Positions 11,701-24,228 of a DNA stretch of 64,000 nt are shown here, in pieces. The notes beneath the pieces are model-generated. The model made no database searches. It saw only the letters and a program-made list of their open reading frames with translations, and was not told where the DNA came from. The DNA comes from Eukaryota sp. GEM-RC1 (lineage: Eukaryota). The stretch is from assembly GCA_040285855.1 (NCBI GenBank), contig JAUFOQ010000013.1, positions 1,054,001 to 1,118,000 of the forward strand, written 5' to 3'. Position 1 is the first letter of the stretch; every line of letters begins with the position of its first letter. The position numbers and the translations under genes were made by a program.

Positions 11701-14025
11701 GTTGGAGGTGTTTCCATTTATTTCATGTTCGAAATTGTTGAGGGTAACACTGAGGTGAATTCTTTGTTCCATCTTGCCTTTGATGCAAGAAACACCGCTG
11801 CTGACGTGACCTTGATTGACCGTGACGTGTCGGCTGCTATGCAGTTATTTACTGCCTTTGGTGACGAGCAATTTTTACTTAATTATTTTGATTTAATTTA
11901 TTCCGGGAGAAGACAACGAGATCTAGCAGAATTGCTTTCCCTTGATTTAACTGAAGATCAATTATTATCCATTTCTCAAGTTGGAACTTATGCTAATCTA
12001 TTTAGAAGACTAGAGTTTGTCTCTGGAACATTAATATGCTCTATTTTTGATGTTGATGAGTCTCTTTGCTCAAGATTTAATGATTTTAATTATAACTCTC
12101 AATTAGAAACTAACTATTTCAGAGACAAATTAGCTCATGACGATGTTGTCTGGTATTCTACTTTAGAACAAGACCTTGAGAAATCAGTGGACGATCGTTT
12201 GAATATAGCTAGGAATTCTTTATTTAATTCTCGCTGGTTATCTTCCTTTATGGCTTTACTCAACACAGTTGAAGGTACAAGCACCACCATTGTCGGTTCT
12301 CTTTTCGATTATATTAACGACATTTTTGTCAATGTTCGATCTGATTTTAATATTGTCTGGGTCACCATCATTATTTGCTCAGTCATTATTTTAATTATGG
12401 TTGTTGTTTCGTTTTTGAATCGTAAAAGTTTACGTTTGGCAGGATTTCTATTGTACATTTTTATTTTTGTGTTTGTAGTTCTATTTTCTGCTACTGTTTT
12501 CTTCTCATCCTCTGCTGAGTCTGTTGTTATTAACGATGTTGTATCAGTAGTAGTTGAATCTAGAAATGTTTTCGCCAGGGTAGTGGATCTTGAGTGGCAA
12601 TTCAATTTTGGACGTAGACGCATTGATCTCTTAACGTTTGATGACGTTTTTGAACATTTTGCTTTAGGGCAAAACGCTTATCACATTTTACTTCAACATA
12701 TTGCTGCACTTCAGTCTGGTGAGTTGACGTCTCATCCTGTTTTGGATGACGTTATTGATTCAATCAATCATCAATTAGATTTGATTAATGTCAAGGTGTT
12801 GGACTATGTTAATCGTGTTAATGTTCTTGCTAAATTGGCCACGTATCACCTTCCTGAGTATCAATTGTCAACTTTAGTTAATATTACTTGGGATATTGAC
12901 CAATTACCATTAAATGAACGGAATACTTGGAATTTGCCTCATGGTTATAGTCTTAGTAATTCTGAAACAGATTTAGATAGCGATGTTGAATATTTAAAAA
13001 ATGTTTCTAGGGCTATTCTGACTTCCAAATATTTCTATTCTTTAACTAGAGATATAATTGAATCATTTGCAGACATTCGTCGTTCCGCCACTTATGATCT
13101 AATGAAAGTCGGTGACGTTTTTGATTCGCAAATCACTTTTGAATTGGAATTATCTGTGTATTTAGTCATTGCTGTACTTATCTCTTCAGTAATATTTTGT
13201 TTCTTTATTATATTCTCTGGACTTAAGGAAAAGCCAAAAGCTTCTCATATCAAACAAAAGATTTCTTTCCCTGCAATGGTTAATTATTCGAAACAGTATA
13301 TCTTGTCACTTTCAGTTTTATTTATTCTTTTGTCAATGTTTTATCTTGGTTCACTTATTGGTTTTACCCAGCTCAGACCTTTACCTAGATTAATTCAAGA
13401 TTATGGTCAAAGATCTGCTTTAATTACAAGAACTACCAATGATGTTGTTTCTGCATTTATTGAACCTGAACAGCAGTTGTATTATTTAAATAATGCCCAA
13501 GTTTCTTATTCTAGTCTTTTAAGACTCCATCATTCTTTAGTAGTTAATCATGTTGATGGTGATTCTGAACAGACTAAATTACTTTTTGATAGCAAACTTG
13601 ATGATAATTCTAGGTCTTTCAACGATTTACAAGATAATCATGGGCTTCATAATCTTTTAATTAACTTTGTTAATTCTGCTGAGCTGTTTACTATTCAAGA
13701 TACTTCTCTAGATTATTCAATTTCCAGTCCAGATTTGGCGAATCTATTAGTTGATTATGATACTCTTTCAGAAATGTCTTTGGAGTCTATTGATAACCTT
13801 CACAACTACTCAATTAGTAGAGTTTCTTTCTTTTCAACTTATGTTTTGATCATCTTTATTGCTTTTATTGTAGTTATTTCTATTTCCTACATTTTTGTAT
13901 TTCGTAAAATGTTAAAAGATCTACAAGAAGAAGAATTTATGACTTTAGAGTTTTTAGAAATGATTCCTGAAGATATTCTTTCTCAGGTGGCTGTAATTAG
14001 ACATTTCTTTGCCACAAAAACTTAG
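8777..14025 (+). CDS. TmcB/TmcC-like large polytopic membrane protein (~1750 aa, split by 3 apparent indels)
   Basis: N-terminal multi-TM block, TPR-like LLVSYASFVREVECDEERA, internal ILNLFLYIPQKEI and terminal EEEFMTLEFLEMIPEDIL motifs typical of TmcB-like proteins. Frame breaks at T run 10288-10291 and A runs 10589-10595 and 10653-10657. Confidence 0.7.
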
Positions 14026-15366
14026 ATATTATAATTTAGTGTTTGTTTTATTAGTATTTACTTTCTAATTAATTTGTATATATTGTGACTCATAACGTGG
14101 AGACTTTTCGGGAACAAAAACTGTTTACAACGATGTCAACAACGATTGTAAACAAAATTAATAGTGGCTATTCGATTAAGAAAAAATTTGAAATTGTACA
14201 GTGCTAATAACAATCAACTATTAGGCAAAAGAACAGAGATGTACGTGTAGATCGGTAGACAGACAGAATTTGTTTTCGTTGACATTTGTATAACAGAAAC
14301 AGTGAACAAAAGCTAGATTTCAACATCATTATAGCAATATTCATTGCTATTCAAACTCACAGAAGCTATTGGTTCATAGAAAACACAAAGAGCTAAAACA
14401 GCTTTCGAAATCATTCCATGAATTGTTTTAAAGATTGTAAAGACCATACGATTCAACCAAAACTTATCATCAGACTTATTGTTAGTTCTTTTCTTAACAA
14501 CTTTTTCAAAATCAGAGAGATAAAACAACAGGGCTTTTCACAAATATATTTATCGCAATATATTGCAATAAATACTGTATCAATAATTTATTGATCGTCC
14601 AAAATCAAATACCAATATATTTCAATACATTGAAATACATTGATCTTCATGTTTTGTGATTTTGCAGATCCCATATCAGTAGAATTACTCTCAATTGAGC
14701 AACAACTCTCAAAACATGATCTGTTGTTATCAACAAAAAGAAAACTGAACTGATACTTGACAATGTATAAACGCATAATATTGTTGTCGATTTGTTTTTA
14801 TTTGTCAACCGCAGAACCAAGACACTCAGGATGCTGTAAAGAAAAGAAAGTGCCATGAAAGAGTAAAATAGTAAGATGAACAACGAAAAAAGATCACCAA
14901 TACTGCACCAATTTTTGCCTTAAGAATGTGTTTCAATATAAACAGTTTTCTTTCTACTATAACTTATATACACAAATTCTTGTTGATAGACGCTCCAAAT
15001 ACTTGTGGTTTCAACGCCAATTCATATACTCCTCAAATTCCATTGATCCACTTCTTTCTCTGTTGATATGTATCCATGTTGAACACACACGTAACACGAT
15101 CTAATACGTAACATGCGTGTTCAGAATTTTTGCTGATACGTAACAAGCAAATATCTTTTGTCAATTTGGGTCTGAATCGGGTGAAATAGTACATTTTGCT
15201 ATAAAGATGAAACACGATGTGTCAGAAGTTTGGGCATCAGAAGTCCCCCACACTGTTGTCCAGTACCACAGCAATAGATGTAAAGAAGAAATGAGTAATT
15301 TATTGAGAAGCATTTAATTAGGAACAAATTCTTGAAACGTAAACACGTGTTAAAGCGTCTTAAAAC

Positions 15367-16569
15367 CATAGTTGCGAATCACAAATTTTTGTGATGTGAT
15401 TTTGTGATGTGATTGTTGTGCTATTGAATTTTTAACATTTTACATTACCATGTGTTTATTACTATCATAAACAATGTTAAGTACAAGAATTCGGTTCACC
15501 AACTTATGATATAGAAGTAAATTTAACATCGGAACTGAAGAAGCAACTAATGGACGTTTGATTTTTAAAAAATGAATGTCTTAATATTCCCCATCTATAT
15601 TACACTCCATGGATGAACATAACTATCTTACACCGACAGATTTCCTTGAGGAATTTCCTTTGGGATACGATTGGAGAGTTTTATTACTCAAATGTCGGAT
15701 TTGGAATATTATTGGACCTTACTTCTAAAAACCAGGGGCTGTCAAATTGCATTGACAATTGATTTATCATTAAAAGACGTAACAATCAATAATTGCAATA
15801 ATTGCAATTTATTGAAGCCAATTACCCAATTTGCATAAATATAGTAGAAACTCACAAAAAGCAACTAAATTTGAGGAAATAAGAATGTGGGTGAACACAT
15901 TTTACAGAAACTAATTCTCAATCATCTCGTCTTCCACAGACTCCAGTGTTTATTGCAATTACTGCGAAATGCAACTACTTCCCAAAAATTCTAGCTACAT
16001 TTCAGGAATAAAGACGTATTCATTTGTACGGACTACCCTTCCGAGACGAGGTTATTATAGGCTGAGCAGTGAAGAATGTTAAGCAGAGACGTTTTCTGTC
16101 TTCGCCTATTGGAAAATAAGGGGTAGTAGAAGCAGGCACAGTTGCAAATTTGTGCGCCACAGAAGTTTGACGATTGTAAAGAAAGGCTGATTTGTCAGTC
16201 TTGATATTCTGTATAAAATTTATTCTGTTTTACAATAGAAACGATTCTAGTAATTCTCTCAATATGGACGCTATTAATTGGCAATTAATTGGTAATTCTA
16301 TAAGTGGTACCAATCAATTATTGCAATAATTTATTGGCAATTGGACGTCCAACTCAATTTTGACAGCCCTTTCTTCCACGGCGTGAAATTAAACGTAAGA
16401 ACGAGACGCTTACTGCAGTTGTTACAATTCATTAACTTTTTAAAATCAATTTTGTTCAATCATTTTGATATTGTGATGTTAAATCACCAATATCACAGAA
16501 ATATTGCTTGTGTTGTGATTGTTGTGACTCACAAAATCACAAAGTCAAATTTTGTGATTCGCAACTATG
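15367..16569. mobile_element. Non-autonomous hAT-type DNA transposon
   Basis: Perfect TIR CATAGTTGCGAATCACAAA; 8-bp TSD CTTAAAAC (15359-15366 and 16570-16577); subterminal TGTGA/TCACA repeats. Confidence 0.9.
15733..16370. mobile_element. Nested hAT-like MITE
   Basis: Imperfect TIR GGGCTGTCAAA(A)TTG at both ends and CAATT-rich subtermini; no matching TSD found. Confidence 0.55.
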
Positions 16570-17076
16570 CTTAAAACTAACTTAGAGGTGATTTTTCAGT
16601 GTCTATTATGCCTGTCTTTTAGTAGCCCTTAAGAGTTCTTCCATTATAGCAAAAAAGCTCAACATTTCAATTAGCGTTGCAGATAAACAATCAAGCACGT
16701 TTATCAAATCAATTTGTGGACAGAAAACAGTGTTGTACCATGAATGAATGTATGCCATCCGTCCACAATGTTATGGCATTTCACAGTGTGAAATTCACAC
16801 CATTTACCCATCGACATCGGTACATGGCACTTGAAAAATGCGATATGTTATAACAATGACAAAAACAAATGTTCTAAAAAACGCCTTTCATTTACAATTA
16901 AAAATACAGAAAACCAACGGAGATACCAAAACCTCTACAATATCTCAGCCTCAATTCAAAATTCAATGATCTTGACATGGTTTTTTGCTTTTTCAAGCAG
17001 TTCTCATCTCTGTTATTGTAAACACGTACAAATACACTAAAAAAACGAAATTTATCAAAATTGCGACAATGTCACT

Positions 17077-18545
17077 CTAAACAGTAACAATTAAATTAAA
17101 ACATGCAGTATGAGCTTTCTTATAAGGAGTATTAAAAGGAGTACCAGCCACAACCACAATCTTATCCCCCCTCTTAGCAAACCCACTGTTCAAAGCGTAC
17201 TCTGAAGCAGCATCTGGTAACTCATCAAAGTTAGAAACACCTCCACAATGCACCCCACGTACACCATAGACGATGTTTAACTTTCTCAACACATCAATCG
17301 ATGGAGAGACAGCAACAATGGGAATTCCAGGTCTTGTTCTACTTAATCTACAAGTAGAAAAGCCAGTTTCAGTGAAGTTAATCATGCACTTTGCCCCAAC
17401 TTGTCTAGCCATTTCCTTAGCAGAGAAAGCAACAGCATCAACATCATTAGTTGCACTAATGGTGATACCAGTTCTATTGGCACTTCGATCAATAACAAAT
17501 GCTTCAGCTTCGAGCATGATTGAATCCATGATAGTTACGGCTTCTACTGGAAATTGCCCAGAAGCAGTTTCAGCTGACAACATGACGCAAGATGATTGGT
17601 CAAACACGTGTGATGCCACGTCACCAACCTCAGCCCGGGTAGGACGGGGGTTGGAAACGACACTTCTCCAAACAGTGAGTGGCAATGATAATAGGCTTAC
17701 CAGCTTCACGACACAATCCAATGAGCCTCTTTTGAATCACTGGAACAGAAGCGGCAGGTACCTCGACTCCAAGATCCCCTCTAGCTACCATGATTGCATC
17801 ACTCAAACCAATAATCTCGTCAATATTGTCCAAAGCTTGAGGTTTTTCTATTTTAGAGATAATATGAGGTGCATCATGTTCAGAATTGTTAACACTTCTC
17901 CAATCTTCTATAAAGGCTCTTGCTTCCCTGACATCTTCAGCGTGTTGAACGAAGGAAAGGCAAACGTAGTCGACACCTAACTGCAGGGCACACTTCAAAT
18001 CACGACGATCCTTCTCAGTCATTGCAGAAACTCCTAGTTGGACAGTGGGTAGGTTAACGCCTTTTCTATCACTAAGAGCTCCACCAAGTTTGGATACACA
18101 GACAATCTCAGTATCTGAGACTGACACGACGTCAAGCTTAACCTTTCCATCGTCAATGAGAACGTAGTGGTTGACCTTGGAGTGGGTTAGGAAGGCCTCA
18201 AAGATTTCAGGGTGAGGGGAGTCCAACACGGGTGTTGTCACCTGGACGAAGACAACGAGTGAAAGTAAAGGTTTGACCGGGTTGCAGGGTAACTGGGCCG
18301 TTTTCAAAGGTGCCAATACGGATTTTTGGTCCTTGAAGATCTGCAACAATAGCAGTACTGAGGTAGTCGTCTGTGGACAAAGAGCGAATTAAGTTATATG
18401 CTCTTTCATGGTCTTCATGTGAACCATGGGAGAAATTCAATCTGAAAGCGTTGACACCTTTATCCAATAAGACCTTAATCTTATCAAAAGAAGATGGACC
18501 AACAGTGGCCAGAATTCGAGAAAAACGGAAGGTCTCGAGATTCAT
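17077..18545 (-). CDS. PYK: Pyruvate kinase (two apparent extra bases)
   Basis: ILATVGPSS, FRLNFSHG, DLQGPKIR, KGVNLP, SKIEKPQA, MVARGDLGVE, PRPTRAE, VMLSAETASG. Frame breaks at G run 18216-18219 and TT 17664-17665. Confidence 0.92.
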
Positions 18546-18605
18546 CTGAAAAAAGTAAACCTCCAAACAACATTGCCTCATTTTGACTTTCTTACTAGTA
18601 ATTGA

Positions 18606-19892
18606 ATGATATCTTCCCTACTTCTCCTAAATACTAAAGGTGAAGTTCTTTTGTGGCGACGATACAGAGGTGATGTTAGTCGTTCAGAGGCTGACTTTTT
18701 CCGTACCAAAGTAGTTGCTGCCAAAGAATTTCGTTCTCCTGTCACACAACTAGGATCTTGTACCTTCTTCCATATCCGTGAACAAAACGTCTACTTTGTG
18801 GCAGTCACTCGTTCCAATGTCAACACTGCTTGTGTCTTTGAATACATGCAACAAATGCTCCACACCTTTAAACAATTTGTTGGAGGTAAAATCAACGAAG
18901 AAGCTATCCGTTCCAACTTTGTTCTTCTATACGAACTCCTAGATGAATCTATCGACTTTGGATACCCTCAAAACACTTCCGGTGACATTCTAGAACTCAC
19001 TGTATCACAGAACTGTAAGAAGAAGAAGGTCCAGCCCGAAGATGTTACTGTTCAAGCCACTGGTCAAGTCTCATGGCGACCACTGGGAGTTAAACATCGA
19101 AAGAACCAGATCTACATGGACTTTATCGAGACTGTTAACGTGTTGATGTCTATGGACGGAGAGCTTCTAAACTGTGATATACAGGGGTCGGTGAAAGTCA
19201 AGAGTCAGCTTTCTGGTATGCCAGAGTGTAAACTTGGTCTTAATGATAAGCTTGTAACTTCAGGAGACCGTAGCACTGCCGGCAAACAAGTATCCATTCA
19301 AGATTGGACATTTGCTCAGTGTGTGCGGTTGTCTGATTTAGAGTTGGAGCGTACAGTAAACTTTATTCCTCCCGATGGTGATTTTGAGCTGATGTCGTAT
19401 CGAGTTTCTGATGTTGCTAGACCCCCGTTTGTGTGTAAGGTAGTTGTTAATGAGATTTCACAGGATAAGCTTGATATTATGATGGTCGTCAGATCAACTT
19501 TTGGATCACATCAACATGCTAATAATTTTGAGCTGATGATCCCTGTTCCCCCATCAACGGCCAAAGTGACGTCATCAGTAGGTCAAGGTGGTGGTAAAGC
19601 TGTTTATGATAGTAGCAATGAGTGTATATCTTGGAAAATTAAGAAGTTTCATGGGAAACGCGAGTTTGTCCTCACCTGCCATGTTGAACTTCTCACCACC
19701 GTCGAAGAGTCATCTCAGCTGTCCAGGTGGTCAAGACCTCCAGCTACTTTGAACTTTTCTATTCCAATGTTAGCTGCTTCTGGTATTAAAGTCCAGTTTT
19801 TGAAGGTGATTGAAGCAAGTGGTTACGATAGTATTCGCTGGGTTAGGTATATAACTCAGTCATCTGGTACTTATACGGTAAGGATGCAATAA
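18606..19892 (+). CDS. AP2M1: AP-2 adaptor complex mu subunit
   Basis: MISSLLLLNTKGEVL, NFVLLYELLDESIDFGYPQ, LSGMPECKLGLNDK, FIPPDGDFELMSYR, WSRPP, RWVRYIT. Confidence 0.9.
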   Translation: MISSLLLLNTKGEVLLWRRYRGDVSRSEADFFRTKVVAAKEFRSPVTQLGSCTFFHIREQNVYFVAVTRSNVNTACVFEYMQQMLHTFKQFVGGKINEEAIRSNFVLLYELLDESIDFGYPQNTSGDILELTVSQNCKKKKVQPEDVTVQATGQVSWRPLGVKHRKNQIYMDFIETVNVLMSMDGELLNCDIQGSVKVKSQLSGMPECKLGLNDKLVTSGDRSTAGKQVSIQDWTFAQCVRLSDLELERTVNFIPPDGDFELMSYRVSDVARPPFVCKVVVNEISQDKLDIMMVVRSTFGSHQHANNFELMIPVPPSTAKVTSSVGQGGGKAVYDSSNECISWKIKKFHGKREFVLTCHVELLTTVEESSQLSRWSRPPATLNFSIPMLAASGIKVQFLKVIEASGYDSIRWVRYITQSSGTYTVRMQ

Positions 19893-21046
19893 AGGATTTG
19901 TGTATTTGTCTTTTTGTTTATGTGGACTGATTATGCATTTGATTTTTGAAAACATCGAAACATGGATTAAAGAAATTACGTGCATTATAAAATTTTATGG
20001 TTTTTGATTGAACAAGCACTAATGTGACGTAGTTCTATTCAGAGATTGGAAAACAAACTATCTCCAGTTTTTTCGAAATTAGTATTTGTCCTCTTTGTTG
20101 TCTCTATTTATAGTAGTACTGTATTTGATGAAATGGATTCTTAGTTTATAATTGATTTTGGATCTATGTGTAAGTTATATTTCAGAAACAATTATCACAA
20201 TAGAGTAATTTGCAATTGTTTATTGCCAGTTCGAGAGTATTTTGCGAAATACTTCTGACAGACAAACATGTGTCCATCAACCAAATGGTTTAAAACTACT
20301 TAAACTATTTGTTCTATAGAAACATTACCAAGCCAATGAATTAATGAAGTTCCCCAGATGATAATGTGACCACACGATCCTCAAAATGTTATGATAATCA
20401 ACGATTCTTAAAGAAAACTTTACTAAAAAATTCAGACAAATGCCTTTATGACAAACATATTTACAATAATTACAAAAACTAATCTGCATTTCCTGAAGTC
20501 CTTTTTGAGTATCTCGTCATTTAAAGAAAGGGGACGTTACTCTTGTAGAACCAAAGATCATTGAAGAAAGTCTACATAGATTATGAACACAAATAGATGC
20601 CGATCGTGCACTCGTGGACAGATAACTGACTGACTAGGACTGTAAGAATCTTCAAAATGAGATATGTGTCTAAACTGGTCTTAATCCGGTTTTAATAAAA
20701 AAGTAATTCTTGGATAATAACAATGAGTGTTATTTATAACAACTAAAGTCATGAAACTCTTGCCTAGGCAGCATGTGCGACCAATACAGCGTTAAGAGCA
20801 CTTAAAAAACAGGAACTGGAACGGTCATTGTTAAGCTGTTTCCTGAGAAAAATTCTTTTCGAGAAAGCCACTCAGATAAAACCATGTCATCACAAAGTTG
20901 TATAAGAACTTCGCAGTACTAAGAAAGTATTTATAGATGAAGGTTACAAAAATAGATTATCAAATTAGAAGCAGTGAAAGAGAAGACACGGAAAATTCCT
21001 AGTTAATATTTTATTAGTACATCTAGATGAGAAAAAATTTAATGGA

Positions 21047-21310
21047 AAAATTGAACCTTTACTTGCTGATCTTTCTGATTAGCTAAAAGTTGATAGAAGT
21101 CGTGGTGATTTGATTGGTCCTTGGTTATCTTGTCAGAAAATTTTCATGGATTTCACAACTGTTGATCATTGTAATTCAAGATCAATTTCCAAAATTTTTG
21201 ATTATGATTTTTCTGCTCTTGAAGTGGCTGAAAAGGAAAAAGTACAAAGTACTGCCACTTAATTAACCAATTGAATGTGGACAGGCACAATTCTATTGTG
21301 TTTCAACCGT
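21047..21310 (+). mobile_element. Degenerate RLE endonuclease fragment of a non-LTR retrotransposon
   Basis: Translates KIEPLL..*..RSRGDLIGPWL..IFMDFTTVD..AEKEK/KY..LNVDRHNSIVFQP, homologous to 26716-27288 and 25049-25318; contains a stop and a frameshift. Confidence 0.75.
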
Positions 21311-21908
21311 AATTCAAACAGGACTTCCAATTCTGACTCAACCAAATTCTACTTCGCTCAAGATTTATGACGATTTACCGAAATTCAATAGTATGATTAC
21401 TCATTGTATGACATCAGTGAAAATTGTACCGAAAATTAATTCCCCGATGTGACTAAGCGAAAAATCAGTTTCCGTAATAATCTGAAACCATAAACTAATT
21501 TCTGGAATGTTCGAGTTCCGAAAAATCAATTTCCGAAATTCTCAATTTACGGTATTTCATGGAACCAAACATATAAATTGATTTGCGTGGAAATTAATTT
21601 TTAGACAGCCCTGCATTCAGGTCAAGGTCAGTATTTTGACGTATCAAGGTGAACATAATTTAATTTAATGTCAGTAACATCAATATAGAATTTACGAGAG
21701 AACGCCGTTGAAGAAGCTACATTTATTTAGTACAGTCATGCTCCTCTGTTTTCAAGACCTGCATTTTCAAAGAGTCTGTATTTTGGAAATACAGACTGGA
21801 CATTGGAGAAGATGCTACTACAAGTACAATATATCTTCAGCGTACAGTATAGTTTTTTGACGGTCTACATTTTCTCCAACTCAACTTTCTTTAGAAAAAA
21901 CACATCTT

Positions 21909-22271
21909 ATGACTACTACTCAAATCACTGATCCTCTAGAAAGGGAACGCTTGGAACAAGAGGAGTTCCGCAAAGGTCCCTTTTCTCTTCTTCTTGAATC
22001 TGTCAAAAACCATTCCCAAGTGCTTATCAATCTACGTAACAATCGCAAACTTATTGGACGTGTGCGAGCTTTTGATCGCCACATGAACATGGTCCTCGAG
22101 AGCGTCCAAGAAGTGTGTTTCTTCCTCGTCTCATCCTAGATCTGGACAGAAAACGTTCCTTCTGAAGAGGATAAAAGTAAATCCGTTCCAAAGATCCATG
22201 ATCGTTTTATTTCGAAGATGTTTCTTCGAGGTGATTCGGTAATATTAATTGTTAAGAACATCAATACGTAA
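21909..22271 (+). CDS. SNRPD2: Small nuclear ribonucleoprotein Sm D2 (exons 21909-22112 and 22140-22271)
   Basis: [49 protein letters not shown]...[17 protein letters not shown] after removing a 27-nt GT-AG intron. Confidence 0.93.
22113..22139 (+). other. 27-nt spliceosomal intron
   Basis: GTGTGTTTCTTCCTCGTCTCATCCTAG. Removal restores the Sm D2 VQE-IWTE junction; the unspliced form ends at an in-frame TAG. Confidence 0.85.
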
Positions 22272-22465
22272 GGTTAGCAGGAATCCTTCAAGATCGAGTT
22301 TTTGCTTTGTAGTGTATATTTAGTTATTTTGGTGTCTGTTATCGTTCAGTTCTCGCATTGATTTGTCTTAAGTTGGATACTGGTCTATTGTTTCTTCTAG
22401 ATAACCTCCAATAAACTCATCTTTCTTGTGCAAATCATAATTTGCAAAATCTTCTGATTAGCCAA

Positions 22466-23611
22466 ATGGGCCAAAACTCTTCAAAAACCCCATCATCTGA
22501 TGCTGAAGCTGAAGCCAAAGCCTTCTTTGAGGGTTCCCAAACTATGTCTGAGTTCCAATCCACTCTCATCTCCTACAATGAGATTTGTTCCTTAGACTTT
22601 CTTAAAGGTGATCTTGAACTTCACCCCTTTTTGTCATGTACAGCCTCCTCTGAGTTTTCACCTGAAAGTTTCTCTAATTTTGTGCCTCACCTCTCATTTC
22701 TAACACAAAACTTTTATGAACCTCTATCTCCACCTGAACTCTCTCTCCTCTTTTCTTGTATAGCTAACACACTTCCACACATATCGAAACCCTCTCCTGA
22801 GCTTCTACAACCCATTCTAAACCGTCTTAGTCTCTATCCCGTCCAGAAATCTTACGTCGCCGACTTCTACTTCCTCTATGCAGAAGCCTTTCGATGTCTC
22901 TACAACTACTGCTTTCTTGCTCACTCCCACTCCCTCCTAGAACCTTCCCAAATCCAGTCTATCACGTCTTCTCTTGATCCCTTCTTCTCAGTAGTATCTG
23001 CTCTATCACGTGAACCTCTCAATAGTCTTTTGTCAGTGTCACTGTTTTTACTTTCACAGTACCAATCCTTTAAAACACTTAATTCTTTGTGTAGTGTTGT
23101 TTTGAATGAAAACCCAATGTGTTTAAGTCGAATTGATTTTGTTGAGGCTGTGATTAGTCATGGACTTTCAGGTGTCAAGTGTATTGCTTTGTTGAGTAAT
23201 AATTTCAGTAAGGTCGTTACTAATGTAGTTTTGCACAAGGATAGGAGTCGTGTTTTCAAAATAATTAAAAATTCTAATTTTTGGAAAATTATGGATGATT
23301 TGAAAGTTGTTCTCTTGCCAGATACTCTCGCAATTGTTTTGAAGCTTACTCTTGATTTTGAAGATTTTGATCATTTACCATTCTGCAATTACCTAGATAA
23401 CATCTTTCTTCCAGAGTTACAAAAGCATAAGTCCTTATCATCTTCGATTGAGAGTGCTGTTTACAAAAATTCAGTTTTCTATTATTTAGATGTTGTAACT
23501 TTATTGAAAAATTCAAATTCTAAATTGCTAAAACAGGAAGTTGTTGTAGAAATTTCTCGCTTATTCTGGTGTCTTGCTGATGATTTTCAAACACTACAGT
23601 CTCAACATTAA
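22466..23611 (+). CDS. Hypothetical helical protein, possible N-myristoylation (MGQNSSK)
   Basis: Long ORF, MGxxxSK start, Leu-rich; no domain recognised. Confidence 0.6.
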   Translation: MGQNSSKTPSSDAEAEAKAFFEGSQTMSEFQSTLISYNEICSLDFLKGDLELHPFLSCTASSEFSPESFSNFVPHLSFLTQNFYEPLSPPELSLLFSCIANTLPHISKPSPELLQPILNRLSLYPVQKSYVADFYFLYAEAFRCLYNYCFLAHSHSLLEPSQIQSITSSLDPFFSVVSALSREPLNSLLSVSLFLLSQYQSFKTLNSLCSVVLNENPMCLSRIDFVEAVISHGLSGVKCIALLSNNFSKVVTNVVLHKDRSRVFKIIKNSNFWKIMDDLKVVLLPDTLAIVLKLTLDFEDFDHLPFCNYLDNIFLPELQKHKSLSSSIESAVYKNSVFYYLDVVTLLKNSNSKLLKQEVVVEISRLFWCLADDFQTLQSQH

Positions 23612-23731
23612 GCTAAAGATAAAGTATAAATTGTTTATTTGTTTAATCTTTCAGTATTTACATTTTTTAAAAAGAAATTTGAATTAAAAAAAGAATAAAA
23701 CAAACTCCAACTAAGTCAAATCGAGAAAAAA

Positions 23732-24217
23732 CTATACACAAAAGTAACTTAAAACACGCAAATCATCGCCTTGTGACGATACAAAGTCACTATTTGACTT
23801 GGGAACAAAGGACGGAAGTGCAGTGTATGGATCAATGTGAATGGGTTTTGGTGTGGGATCCACCATTGGAGGAGTAGGAAGAAGGAAAGAAGAAGAGGAT
23901 ACATTGGAAGAGGGTAAGATAGCTTTCTCTCCATTGGACAGTTTAGTCATGTATTTGAAAAAGTCTTGGGGCATTGCATTTCTAACAAAGTACAGAGCAA
24001 CGTTATACAGTTCAGCGTCCAGTTGAACGTTGAGAGATAGGGATTTGGGTCCTTTAGGAGGTTTTGGGACTGCAAGATTGACGATTTCTGTGGCAAACTT
24101 GGAAAAACGACGTTTCAGTGTAGCTGTGGAGATTCCAAAGGCTGAATGGAGCTGTTTTAGAGTGTAGAAGTTTGTCAGTAAGCACAATGCTGCTACTTCT
24201 TCGATATTGTCAAACAT
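23732..24217 (-). CDS. Small HTH (psq/CENP-B-like) DNA-binding protein
   Basis: TLKQLHSAFGISTATLKRR resembles a psq-type HTH. ATG at 24217; the ORF-track N-terminus lies inside a MITE. Confidence 0.4.
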   Translation of the reverse strand: MFDNIEEVAALCLLTNFYTLKQLHSAFGISTATLKRRFSKFATEIVNLAVPKPPKGPKSLSLNVQLDAELYNVALYFVRNAMPQDFFKYMTKLSNGEKAILPSSNVSSSSFLLPTPPMVDPTPKPIHIDPYTALPSFVPKSNSDFVSSQGDDLRVLSYFCV

Positions 24218-24228
24218 GGAAACAAATT

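Noticed and set aside
17273..17980. 235-aa plus-strand ORF and similar antisense ORFs (e.g. 6194-6538, 40948-41331)
   Set aside because: Antisense shadows of well-supported genes.
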